This document shows, piece by piece, positions 8,020-17,491 of a stretch of 30,647 nt of DNA (within the stretch, counting starts at the first letter, position 1; every line of letters starts with the position of its first letter). Position numbers and translations under genes: made by a program. The DNA comes from Thermoplasmatota archaeon (GTDB lineage Archaea; Thermoplasmatota; E2; DHVEG-1): positions 1-30,647 of the forward strand of contig JAHJFH010000026.1 in assembly GCA_018824925.1 (NCBI GenBank), given 5' to 3'. The notes under the pieces are model-generated. The model searched no databases. It saw nothing but the letters and a program-made list of their open reading frames with translations, and was not told where the DNA came from.

Positions 8020-8376
8020 TTAGGTATTCGCCGAATGCAATAGCCAAGCATTCCGAGGAATTCGTTTATACAATGCCTCAGGTGAATCATCAAACACCTG
8101 CTGATAATGAGCACCATGCTTTATCGAATCAGTATCAAACGACCAAAAAAACTTCCGAATAATCTTTCCTTTTTCCTTAATCTCCTCCCGACGCAGTTTC
8201 AACAATTTTTCCCGTTGAAGCTCATAAAAAATAGATCGAACATGCTTATCAATTGACATATCCTCAATCTCTGCATTTCCGTTAAAAACCGATTCAACAG
8301 TTTTTGTTAACTCCCGTGCATCATCTGCGGACATATCAAACTTGTTTTTTAACGCCTTCATCAGTAATGTGTTCAT
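8020..8376 (-). CDS. DUF6015-like small wHTH-type protein
   Basis: The pattern ALKNKFDMSADDARELTKTVESVF...IEDMSIDKHVRSIFYELQREKLL...EEIKEKGKIIRKFFW resembles Thermoplasmatota DUF6015 proteins. Probable start MNTLL at 8376, with a GGTG SD-like sequence upstream. Confidence 0.55.
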   Translation of the reverse strand: MNTLLMKALKNKFDMSADDARELTKTVESVFNGNAEIEDMSIDKHVRSIFYELQREKLLKLRREEIKEKGKIIRKFFWSFDTDSIKHGAHYQQVFDDSPEALYKRIPRNAWLLHSANT

Positions 8377-8534
8377 AACCTGACACCACACATACATGTC
8401 TGTCGGTCAGGTTTAAAAACATTTATTGTACAGCTCTTACCCACCTTCTTTACAGTTACTATCCTACCCTCCCAAAAAAAACAAAAATAGATCGTCTGAA
8501 TCATTATAAAGTGGAACTAATTTAACCTCTATCC

Positions 8535-9206
8535 ATGCTCACCTATCAACAACAAAACCCCTCCGCACCACTCCTTCCTATCGGAAAAATCATCTGCCTT
8601 GCCCGCACCTATGCAAAACATGCTGCAGAAATGCATACAACACCCCCAACAGAACCCTTGTTATTTCTGAAACCCACTTCTTCTGTTATTTTCAATCATG
8701 AACCCATTATTCTTCCCCCGGAAAGCACTGCTGTTCATCATGAGGTAGAGCTGGGAGTGGTCATGGGAAAACCAGGTCGAGTTATCGATGAAAAAAAGGC
8801 TATGGATTATGTCTATGGCTATCTACTGGGTATTGATATAACTGCTCGGGATTTACAACAAATCGCGAAAGACCATGGGTGGCCATGGACTATTGCTAAA
8901 GGTTTTGATACGTTTTGTCCATTAAGCCCAATAATCCCTAAAAAAAATATAAAGGATCCGCATGCACTCATCTTAATGCTCTCTGTTAACGGAGTTGTTC
9001 GACAACACGCTACCACAAAATCCCTCTTATTTACTATCCCTCATATCATATCATTTATCTCAACTATTATGACACTTCAGAAGGGAGATCTAATCCTCAC
9101 AGGCACCCCTGAGGGCGTAGGAGAAATCAAGCAGGGTGATACCCTACAGGCATCACTTGCTTCATATACCACTCTTGAGCATCCAGTGATTCGAAACCAA
9201 CATTAA
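8535..9206 (+). CDS. Fumarylacetoacetate hydrolase family protein (FAHD1-like)
   Basis: Motifs GKIICLARTYAKHA, LFLKP, VHHEVEL, DITARDLQ, AKGFDTFCP and GDLILTGTPEGVG. Confidence 0.95.
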   Translation: MLTYQQQNPSAPLLPIGKIICLARTYAKHAAEMHTTPPTEPLLFLKPTSSVIFNHEPIILPPESTAVHHEVELGVVMGKPGRVIDEKKAMDYVYGYLLGIDITARDLQQIAKDHGWPWTIAKGFDTFCPLSPIIPKKNIKDPHALILMLSVNGVVRQHATTKSLLFTIPHIISFISTIMTLQKGDLILTGTPEGVGEIKQGDTLQASLASYTTLEHPVIRNQH

Positions 9207-10120
9207 AGCTTCAATCGTTGTTTTAATACACACGTTTTACACTGCTGTTGCGATGTCGGTTCACCACACTGATCACAATGATGCAACGCAGTAGCAGGAA
9301 ACATCTGATAAAGCATTTCTCGGATACTATCATAACTATTCAAAATACTATGACGCGTCCCCGGGTTTGCCTCCTCGAGCATTTCAACAATATCACGAAA
9401 CTGCCCACGAGCAGCTCGAAACGCATAGGGGCATTCACCCATATGAAACGATATATTTTTTGTCAAAGCATACAGCATAATTTCCTTTTCTGGAATCGTC
9501 CGTAATGGCAACATCCGAGGAACCAACCCTGGCTGCACCCGTCGATGCGGTCCTAAACGTGCTAATTTCTGAAGATCATTATTCACAAAATTCATCAAAA
9601 TAGATTGTGCCATATCATCAAGATTATGTCCGGTAATCAACCGAGTAATCCCCAACTCTTTCGTTTTCGTGTTTAAACAGAACCGACGAAACACCCCACA
9701 ATAGGTACATTCACCTAACAAATCATGCTGGTGCGCAATTTCATCCATCGTTATACCAACAACATCAGTAAATCGAACAATATGATGCTCAATCCCTAAA
9801 TGTTCACATGTCGTATGCGCAATAGTCAGACTTTTATCTCGATATCCTCCAATTCCCTCATCAATTGATATCGCTGAAAGCCTTATATCAGGACGTTTTT
9901 GATACAACATATGGGTCAGATACAACACAACAGTACTATCTTTCCCACCTGATAAGGCTACACCAAGATGGGATCGAGCGGGTATTGTCCCCTGTTTTCG
10001 TATGTCTTTTTTTACCCGACGTTCCACATACTCTATAAGATGAATGTCACAGAGATGACTGCCATTATACCGAATGAAGGTGATAGCGGGTCGATGACAT
10101 TTGATACACTTTTGCACCAT
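9203..10120 (-). CDS. ttuA: tRNA 2-thiolation protein, TtuA/NcsA/Ctu1 family (TIGR00269-like)
   Basis: N- and C-terminal Zn fingers, PP-loop ALSGGKDS, CTYCGVFRR, TGHNLDD and CPYA. Confidence 0.9.
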   Translation of the reverse strand: MVQKCIKCHRPAITFIRYNGSHLCDIHLIEYVERRVKKDIRKQGTIPARSHLGVALSGGKDSTVVLYLTHMLYQKRPDIRLSAISIDEGIGGYRDKSLTIAHTTCEHLGIEHHIVRFTDVVGITMDEIAHQHDLLGECTYCGVFRRFCLNTKTKELGITRLITGHNLDDMAQSILMNFVNNDLQKLARLGPHRRVQPGLVPRMLPLRTIPEKEIMLYALTKNISFHMGECPYAFRAARGQFRDIVEMLEEANPGTRHSILNSYDSIREMLYQMFPATALHHCDQCGEPTSQQQCKTCVLKQRLKL

Positions 10121-10131
10121 GGTTCTGTGCC

Positions 10132-11766
10132 TTACCCTAAGGTTTCACAAAAAAGCTCAAAGGCAATAATTGGATGATCTAAATCAAAGGTTTGAATGGT
10201 TTGAGGATGCAACTCACCCAGAAAACCCATTACAGCATCAGCATTGGTTAACATCGCACATCGTCCCGTAATGAACGCAGGATGGGTATACTCTTTGAGA
10301 AATATCTCTTTCCCAATATTACGAAATACTGTCTCAACTAAGGATTTACATTCCGTAAAACTTGTTTTTGCTCCAATCTTGACCCCACCAAGATGCATAT
10401 GATTTTTCCCGTCTGCATCAACAACAGGTCCCACCTCAAATATCTGTTGTGGAAGTGGATGATGACGGTTTTCCCGTAAAATTTTCAAAAGCGAAGACAG
10501 TAATTGTATACGAAGCGTAGAATAGTCCTCACCGATAGGATTGGCAATCGTGACCATTGGTTGTATCTCAAACCCAAGGTTGGTACACTCATCTCGTGGG
10601 TTAGAGATTGAAAACGTGGTTACTTCAGTAAATCCTAACCCAATCATGGTATACCGAAGATTGGTATATAGTGCCTGCTGAGGAAGGGTTTTTCCAAAGG
10701 TAAATGAACATGGAAAATCTGTGGAAAACACATCATACCCATAGCCAACCGCGACGTCCTCCACTAAATCAATTTCATGTAAGATATCAGAGCGCCATGC
10801 CCCAATCTCCACCCGTATCTCATCTGAGGAAGAGGTATGGACATTGTGACCCATTTTTTCTAAATATTGTTTTACCTCCTTAGCTGTAAACTGTGTGCCG
10901 AGTAACCGATTAATATAGGCGATAGATAGTGTTCGAGTACTTGGTATCAGGTTAGGAGTACGTATCGTGGTGTCCTTATCAATCACTGTTGTGGTATAGA
11001 GGGTACTCCCACGCTCAACAAGTGCTGTTGTGACTATATTAAGTGCATAATTAATAGCAGCACTATCCGTCCCGGTCACATCAATAAAAATCTCCGTGGT
11101 ATAGGGTGTTACTTCTGTAAGACTTCCATTGATAATCGGTGGGAACGATAGGACATTGTTATGGGCATCAACAATCAAGGGATATTTAGGTTGTCCCTCT
11201 AATAACTGTGCATAATCTACCCCTTTTTCATGTTTTACTAATATTTCTTCAAGGGTCATATATTCAGTTTTTTGCAGCGGAATGAACTGCACCGCATTGG
11301 GATCAACCGCTTTATAGGTAAACGGGGGTGTTACTGGCTCATAATTATGTACCCCAATAGCCACCTTTTTTCTATTCCGACCGAGCCCCACATGTAATTT
11401 CTCCTGTAAATCCATCAAAGAAGCAATTAAGGCATCAGTCATAGTAATATTTTTTATCAAAGCAGTAACAACATAAGGGCGTACAGATTTCACGGAAGGA
11501 TCTACTGTAAGGACGACATCAGATGTCTCTGTTTTATACTGAGGTAACCCCGGTTGAAACCCAAAGAACCCTCGCGCTGCTCGGGCAATACCCTCAACTG
11601 AGGTAAGATCCGGGCGATTAGGAAAAAATTCAATGCTGATTTCATCACCATTAACAGAATCCAAATCAGCACCAATCATCGGTAATTTTTCTATCAAGGT
11701 TTCCTTATCAATTGTATGACCTAATAGCTTGAGAAAATCGTGGTAATTAAAGCTCACAATGGGCAT
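10132..11766 (-). CDS. pheT: Phenylalanine-tRNA ligase beta subunit
   Basis: Motifs PNRPDLTSVEGIARA, LQEKLH...RNRKKVAIGVH, SFPPIING, RSDILHEIDLVEDVAVGYGY and GFLGELHP. Confidence 0.97.
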   Translation of the reverse strand: MPIVSFNYHDFLKLLGHTIDKETLIEKLPMIGADLDSVNGDEISIEFFPNRPDLTSVEGIARAARGFFGFQPGLPQYKTETSDVVLTVDPSVKSVRPYVVTALIKNITMTDALIASLMDLQEKLHVGLGRNRKKVAIGVHNYEPVTPPFTYKAVDPNAVQFIPLQKTEYMTLEEILVKHEKGVDYAQLLEGQPKYPLIVDAHNNVLSFPPIINGSLTEVTPYTTEIFIDVTGTDSAAINYALNIVTTALVERGSTLYTTTVIDKDTTIRTPNLIPSTRTLSIAYINRLLGTQFTAKEVKQYLEKMGHNVHTSSSDEIRVEIGAWRSDILHEIDLVEDVAVGYGYDVFSTDFPCSFTFGKTLPQQALYTNLRYTMIGLGFTEVTTFSISNPRDECTNLGFEIQPMVTIANPIGEDYSTLRIQLLSSLLKILRENRHHPLPQQIFEVGPVVDADGKNHMHLGGVKIGAKTSFTECKSLVETVFRNIGKEIFLKEYTHPAFITGRCAMLTNADAVMGFLGELHPQTIQTFDLDHPIIAFELFCETLG

Positions 11767-11951
11767 AACAGGTGGTGAATAAGTTGATGGTATATAAATC
11801 TGGGTTCACTACCAGGGGAAAACCATGGGTAAGTATCAATTAGAAACTCGGGTTAAAAAGGGGAGTAAATCTTTTTATTATTGATTATAGGCAAGCTCTA
11901 TTTCGCAACAAGGTTTTTTATATACTAGATGATATCCTGCTGACGTACATA

Positions 11952-13085
11952 ATGGGGACCACTTTAATCATTAATGTTGATAGAGATAACGATTTTGGTC
12001 GCAAAGCACAGGTTAAAAGCCCAATCATAGGTTATAACCAGAACCTTGATGCAGCGACAAAACTAGGGATAGCGGATGCTGAAGACTCTGATGTCAATGC
12101 TATTTTCTTAGCGCTTTCCACGTATACCAAACTGAAGGATGAAGGACAGGATGTAGAGATTGTTACGCTTTGTGGTAACATTAATGTTGGTTACAAATCT
12201 GATCAAATCCTTGCTGCTCAACTTGAAGATATTTTAACAAAGATCACGGTAGACGCCGCTATTTTAGTAAGTGATGGAGCTGAGGATGAATATGTGCTTC
12301 CTATTATTCAATCACGCGTAAAAATTAGCTCTATTATACGGGTTGATGTGAAACAAAGCCGTCAGTTGGAGGATACCTATTATCGTTTTATTAAAATGTT
12401 GGATGATGATAAGGTTAAAAAACAGTTTTTCCTCCCGATATCATTGATTCTTATTGTGTTTTCGCTTTTTGCGATGTTTGATATGGCGGGAACCGGTTTT
12501 GGCGCGATTTTGTTTACCCTGGGGTTATATTTGTTAGTCCGTGTGTTTCGATGGGAGCGTAATATCGAGGGTATGGTTGATGAAATGAAATCTGGGCTTA
12601 TTACGGGCAAACTTTCATTTTATACCTATATTATTGCTCTGGTTATTCTGGCGGTGAGTGTATTTAATGCCTATAATAACACGGTGTTTAACCCTGATAA
12701 ATTGTGGGTTATTCCTGTGTTAGAGTTTTTGAATCATCTTACCTGGGGTATTGTGGCAGCTGGGTTAGTAGCTACGGTGGGGAAAGTAGCGGATTTATAT
12801 GTGCGGGAGGATCATGTACCCAGTTCGTACTGGGTTGTTCCATTTTCGTTGTTTTCGTTTGGGTTTATTGCGTCAGCGATTTTTGTGTCATTATATGATT
12901 CAATCACTGCAGGGTTTCGTATTGAGCCGTTTCTTACCCCCTATTTTATTGGATATACGACGGTTGGTATTCTTATTGCGTTGATTGGAGCGATTACGCA
13001 TCATTATTTTAAGGAATCTTCTGATGAGTGTCATAGTCTTGAAATTGATGAGCATACGAAATCTGCGCTTGATGGCATGAAATAG
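11952..13085 (+). CDS. DUF373 family membrane protein
   Basis: N-terminus LIINVDRDNDFGRKA, EDSDVNA and VSDGAEDE, followed by multiple TM helices. Confidence 0.9.
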   Translation: MGTTLIINVDRDNDFGRKAQVKSPIIGYNQNLDAATKLGIADAEDSDVNAIFLALSTYTKLKDEGQDVEIVTLCGNINVGYKSDQILAAQLEDILTKITVDAAILVSDGAEDEYVLPIIQSRVKISSIIRVDVKQSRQLEDTYYRFIKMLDDDKVKKQFFLPISLILIVFSLFAMFDMAGTGFGAILFTLGLYLLVRVFRWERNIEGMVDEMKSGLITGKLSFYTYIIALVILAVSVFNAYNNTVFNPDKLWVIPVLEFLNHLTWGIVAAGLVATVGKVADLYVREDHVPSSYWVVPFSLFSFGFIASAIFVSLYDSITAGFRIEPFLTPYFIGYTTVGILIALIGAITHHYFKESSDECHSLEIDEHTKSALDGMK

Positions 13086-13147
13086 GGGTCATCAAAAGGG
13101 TTCATGGATATTCTTTAAATAGCGGCAGACATTCCCCTAATCCAGCT

Positions 13148-14506
13148 ATGTCGACAATAGAAGGTCTCTTACTCTTTTTTGTTATCTTAATAAGTTACTT
13201 TGTTATCGTATATATCTTGCATCGGACTGGTTTTCTTAAACGACATAATATTTCGTTTATGGGGCCAGCGTTGATGTGGCGTACTACGAAAGGAATTCGA
13301 TTGCTCCGTCGTATCGCGAATAAAAAACGATGGTGGCAGGCCTATGGAAGTACTGGGATTCTTCTGTGCTTTATCATGATGATCCTTATGACCTTTGTAC
13401 TTATTTGGCAGGCATGGGTGGTCTCGGGATTTACCGCTGAACAACGAGAAGCACTCCCTGGTCCGGAGGTCGCGTTAGTCCTCCCAGGTATTAATCCCAT
13501 TCTGCCCCTTGAATATCTTGGGTATATTCTTTTAGGGTTAGTTGTGGCTATTGTGATTCATGAGTTTTCCCATGGTATTATAACCCAGGTGCATAACTAT
13601 GCCGTGAAATCATTAGGGATTCTATATTTGATTGTACCAATTGGTGCCTTTGTTGAACCTGATGAGGAACAGGTGAAAAAAGCAAAGATAAAAGCTCGGA
13701 TGCGTATTTATGCTGCCGGGCCAACAGCAAATTTTGTTATGGTTGTGGTAGCCATGCTTCTCTTTGTTGGATGTATGGCAGCAGTGCAACCAGCAGCTGA
13801 GGGTGTGAGTATTTTATTTGTTTCTGAGGGGGCCCCTGCTGAAGAAAGCATGCTGACACCAGGAACCATTATTACGGAGATCAATGGAACGAAAGTACAG
13901 AATCAATCGGTTTTTTATGCACTGATGCAAACTACCACCGCAAATCAGACAATCACGATAGACTATGTACGATCAAATACCCCTGGTTCTGTTCGGGTGA
14001 TGTTAGCTGACAAATCAGTGTTTTCAAAAAATGTGTCTGATGCGGGTAAAGGGTATTTAGGGGTTGGTACTAGCGAAGCACATACGGTATTTCTACGGCT
14101 TCTGCAAAATCCTTTTATGGCATTTCCTGATGGTTTTTTTATCTTTTATTCCTTACCCCTTTGGGGGTATTTCCAGGGGAATAACCCCATCGCTGCACCC
14201 TTCACTGATGCCTATACACTCTCAGGAGTTTTTGGGTTTTTACCTGCTCCAGTGTTTTGGGTGCTTGTTAATGCCATCTATTGGATTTTTTGGTTGAATC
14301 TTGCCGTGGCCTTATTTAATGTATTACCAATGGTACCATTAGATGGGGGCTATCTTTTCAATGATGGTGTCAAAGCAGTTGTTCAACGAGTGAAAAAAGG
14401 TAGTACTGAGGAACAACGTGAACGGATCGTTAAAAATATTTCTGTCACGTTATCATTTTTGATTCTTATTTTAATTATCTTTCCCTGGCTAATTAAATAT
14501 ATTTAG
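13148..14506 (+). CDS. Site-2 protease (M50) with PDZ domain
   Basis: HEFSH zinc motif, GAFVEPDEE, AAGPTAN, a PDZ-like segment and NVLPMVPLDGG. Confidence 0.93.
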   Translation: MSTIEGLLLFFVILISYFVIVYILHRTGFLKRHNISFMGPALMWRTTKGIRLLRRIANKKRWWQAYGSTGILLCFIMMILMTFVLIWQAWVVSGFTAEQREALPGPEVALVLPGINPILPLEYLGYILLGLVVAIVIHEFSHGIITQVHNYAVKSLGILYLIVPIGAFVEPDEEQVKKAKIKARMRIYAAGPTANFVMVVVAMLLFVGCMAAVQPAAEGVSILFVSEGAPAEESMLTPGTIITEINGTKVQNQSVFYALMQTTTANQTITIDYVRSNTPGSVRVMLADKSVFSKNVSDAGKGYLGVGTSEAHTVFLRLLQNPFMAFPDGFFIFYSLPLWGYFQGNNPIAAPFTDAYTLSGVFGFLPAPVFWVLVNAIYWIFWLNLAVALFNVLPMVPLDGGYLFNDGVKAVVQRVKKGSTEEQRERIVKNISVTLSFLILILIIFPWLIKYI

Positions 14507-14573
14507 TACATAGTCGAGAAAAATATATGAAAAAGTGTGCGGGGATATGGTTCGACGTATAATGTAATATAGG

Positions 14574-15080
14574 TTATGCGCCACGTTCAATTTTGATGGA
14601 ATAGGGTGCAGCGAATTTCATCCCTGCTTTCCGTAAGGCTTCTTTTGCATGAGGGTAATTGATTTTATCGGTTTCCACCGTCATGATGACTTGATTTTGT
14701 TTCACACGTGCAGCGGTAGAAACATTTTTTCCATAGGAGGCGCGCATTCCTTGTGAGACACGGTCTGCTCCTGCGCCGGTTGCCTGTTTATTTTCCCGTA
14801 ACACGATATGTGGATAGACACGAATTCGTAGACGGTAATTCGTAACACCAACATTTTTTTCAAGAAATCGATTAGCTGAGATACGGCCTGCTTCTAATGA
14901 GTTATGGCGAATTTGTTGGGCTTCCTCAGAGATCAGTGATAATTCTAACGGGAATTTCCCGGTCCGTTTTCCCATATCAAATTGGGATATTCGAGAGGTG
15001 GGTACACCACCCATATATTCTCGACGGGTTGTTGCTTGTCCCCGAGCATAGCGATACATGCTTCCTGGTTTTCGTGACAT
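14574..15080 (-). CDS. rpl10e: 50S ribosomal protein uL16 (L10e)
   Basis: Motifs QIRHNSLEAGRISANR, RVYPHIVLRENKQATGAGADRVSQGMR and AKEALRKA. GGTGAT SD upstream. Confidence 0.97.
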   Translation of the reverse strand: MSRKPGSMYRYARGQATTRREYMGGVPTSRISQFDMGKRTGKFPLELSLISEEAQQIRHNSLEAGRISANRFLEKNVGVTNYRLRIRVYPHIVLRENKQATGAGADRVSQGMRASYGKNVSTAARVKQNQVIMTVETDKINYPHAKEALRKAGMKFAAPYSIKIERGA

Positions 15081-15146
15081 CCATAATCACCTAAGGATAT
15101 GTTGTAGGTAGGTTGTTCGAAATACAGAAGGTATTTATAAGACTTT

Positions 15147-15602
15147 TTAGGGACTATCAGGGTTTTTATCTCGTTGAATAAAAATACCACGATCAAGGAT
15201 ATGTCGAAGGACCTGCTGAGACCCTTTTTTTTCAGCAGCCAGGATACCATACCCCAGGTTTTCATCATGCTCGTTTTGTACCAGCTTCAACGACCCCGGT
15301 CTATCGGTACCAGTTATGGACAGAATATGTCGTTTCCTGAGGTGTTTCCCATACAGAAAATCAAGTTCGCCATGCTGGTTAACCACTACCTTCTCAACAG
15401 AAATCTGGGAAAGAAGATCCAGTAGGCCAACCGCGGGAAAAAATGTATTGCGGCGTATTTCTCCAAGAAATATCCCAAAATAGTCCTCCTTTTGAGGAAG
15501 TCTATAGGTAGCAAGCTCAGGGTTTTTAAGAAAAAATTTTCCCCCAATTTGCAGGTAGGGTACTTCTGTTTTGGTAAACTGATGAATAAAGTGTTTAAGC
15601 AT
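15147..15602 (-). CDS. Nip7-like PUA-domain protein
   Basis: Pattern GIFLGE...FLYGK...LVQNEHDENLGYG...LDRG. Probable start MLKHF at 15602, overlapping the stop of the upstream methyltransferase by 8 nt. Confidence 0.7.
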   Translation of the reverse strand: MLKHFIHQFTKTEVPYLQIGGKFFLKNPELATYRLPQKEDYFGIFLGEIRRNTFFPAVGLLDLLSQISVEKVVVNQHGELDFLYGKHLRKRHILSITGTDRPGSLKLVQNEHDENLGYGILAAEKKGSQQVLRHILDRGIFIQRDKNPDSP

Positions 15603-16455
15603 GTTTTCGCAACCGTGCCATAAAAAAACCAATAATCTGATGTTTTGAAGGCCAAATTCGACGACATAACGTCATTGATGGATCAAATCGATAGTTTTGA
15701 AACACTGTTACCCCAGGGTCACCAATACAGGATAGTGGTTCTAAATGAACATGCTGGGTGTCAAGCGCTGATTGGATAACCAGTTCATCCTCCTCAGGTT
15801 CTAATGAACAGGTACTATACACCAACACCCCATTTTTTTTCAATAACGAAAGTGCATGATGCATGAACTGCTGTTGTATGTATGATCGTTCCAGTATGCG
15901 CTCCAGTGAATTCTTTTGTACCCACCCAGGTTCCAGCATATAATTCCCGGAACATGGTGCATCAAGTAATATCCACTCAAACCCTGTTGTTACCTCAAGA
16001 AAATCCATGTTATAGGCAATACAGTTCCCCACACCTAATCTTTCTAGATTATTCCATAATTTCTGAAATCGAGACTTATTCTCTTCAATCGCAACAACTG
16101 GAGCATAACATGCCAGCTGTGAGGTTTTTCCCCCCGGTGCAGCAAACGCATCAAGAACCACCCCCAAAGGATTCAGCATCTCAACCGGAAGCTGAGCAGC
16201 GGCATCCTGAATATAAAAAAGCCCGAGTAAATACTCAGGACAACTCACCAAATTAAACCGAGAAGTACTGACATAAAAACCATCTTTCACAAAAGGAATT
16301 TTTTGCAGATGCACCCCCCGTTTTGCTAATCGTTTCTGTAGATCATTTGATGAAATTCGAAGGGTATTTGTTCGAATACAACGCTGCAACACTATCCTCT
16401 CAAGACTTCCACCGATCTCCTGGTAGCGTTGCGTAAAAAAGGTTTGTGAATCCAT
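15595..16455 (-). CDS. RsmB/NOP2 family RNA m5C methyltransferase
   Basis: Motifs FYIQDAAAQLP, DAFAAPGGKT, LLDAPCSG (motif IV Cys) and VYSTCSLEPEEDE (motif VI Cys). GTGGAGG SD supports the start MDSQT at 16455. Confidence 0.93.
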   Translation of the reverse strand: MDSQTFFTQRYQEIGGSLERIVLQRCIRTNTLRISSNDLQKRLAKRGVHLQKIPFVKDGFYVSTSRFNLVSCPEYLLGLFYIQDAAAQLPVEMLNPLGVVLDAFAAPGGKTSQLACYAPVVAIEENKSRFQKLWNNLERLGVGNCIAYNMDFLEVTTGFEWILLDAPCSGNYMLEPGWVQKNSLERILERSYIQQQFMHHALSLLKKNGVLVYSTCSLEPEEDELVIQSALDTQHVHLEPLSCIGDPGVTVFQNYRFDPSMTLCRRIWPSKHQIIGFFMARLRKHA

Positions 16456-16604
16456 AGTCCTCCACACGATATGTGCATACAGGGGGTAAACTACACCGCT
16501 TTATCAAGGTTATGAAGACCCCAAAAACTACCTGGTAATTGTCCCAGACCATAACCTTTAAAACATCCTGGAGCTTGCCTACTGTGAGAAAACAGAGAAC
16601 GTGA

Positions 16605-17180
16605 ATGCATATGACGGAACAACTTGTTTTTCCCGGTGATCAATTATCCACCAGTGAGGAACTCCTCCCCGGCGACGGGACCTTTGAGGAAAATGGGATC
16701 ATCCGTGCCTCACGCATTGGAATTTATAAAGTAAATGATAGAAACCGAAACGCAGAAGTCTTCCCCCTAACCAGTATACCCGTGGAACTCAAAAAAGGCA
16801 ATACGATTATCGCACGTGTCGTCATGGTAAAATCCTCCATGGTTATCGCAGATGTTATCCATGTCGAGGGACAACCACGACGCGTATCAGGAGATACCAA
16901 CGGAACAATTCATGTGAAGGAAATAGCACAAGGCTATGTCAAGGATGCTGGCACAGAATTTCATGCAGGGGACTATATTCGAGCACGAGTTATTCAAACA
17001 CAACCGAGTATACAACTCGCTACGAAAGACCCCAATCTCGGTGTCATCAAAGCACTGTGTAGCAAATGCCGCACCCCCTATCTCAAAACAGCAAATGGTC
17101 TTGAATGCCCAAAATGTGGTTATCGAGATAAACGCCGTCTCGCCCAGGATTATGGAAACCTCGATATCACCAAAATATAG
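16605..17180 (+). CDS. csl4: Exosome complex RNA-binding protein Csl4
   Basis: N-terminus LVFPGDQL, S1 domain (GDYIRARV), LGVIKALCSKC and a C-terminal CPKCG...RRLA zinc ribbon. Confidence 0.95.
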   Translation: MHMTEQLVFPGDQLSTSEELLPGDGTFEENGIIRASRIGIYKVNDRNRNAEVFPLTSIPVELKKGNTIIARVVMVKSSMVIADVIHVEGQPRRVSGDTNGTIHVKEIAQGYVKDAGTEFHAGDYIRARVIQTQPSIQLATKDPNLGVIKALCSKCRTPYLKTANGLECPKCGYRDKRRLAQDYGNLDITKI

Positions 17181-17209
17181 GTGCAAATTAGTAGGAGGAG
17201 ATTACTACC

Positions 17210-17491
17210 ATGGAATTAAAGGTTCATCGCAACACCAAAACAGAACTTGAGTTGGAAATCATCAATGAAAATGAAACCATCCTCAACCCTATAGTTCATA
17301 AACTGTCAAACATGGATGATATCGAATACGCAGCATTCATCGCTGATCATCCCCTCTCAAAAAACCGTCGTCTCTTCATCAGAGTAAAAAAAGGTGATCC
17401 AAAAAAAATACTTGAACAGGTCGTCAAAGAACTGCAAAAAGAGCTTGAGCAGTTCGAAAAAGATATTTTTTCCAAGAAGAGTAAAAAATAG
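17210..17491 (+). CDS. rpoL: DNA-directed RNA polymerase subunit Rpo11 (L)
   Basis: Pattern ELELEIINENETILN...EYAAFIADHPL. Conserved position after csl4; AGGAGG SD. Confidence 0.9.
   Translation: MELKVHRNTKTELELEIINENETILNPIVHKLSNMDDIEYAAFIADHPLSKNRRLFIRVKKGDPKKILEQVVKELQKELEQFEKDIFSKKSKK

Noticed and set aside
9203-9206. Convergent FAH and ttuA genes share a TTAA stop overlap
   Set aside because: Common in compact genomes, with no further evidence of function.
10132-11766. pheT without an adjacent pheS
   Set aside because: Unlinked pheS and pheT occur in various archaea, and pheS is presumably elsewhere.
16506-16558. 9-bp inverted repeat aaggttatg...cataacctt
   Set aside because: Explained as back-to-back BRE/TATA elements of the divergent NOP2 and csl4 promoters. 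The same CATAACC-TTT motif precedes the C25 gene TATA at about 6003.
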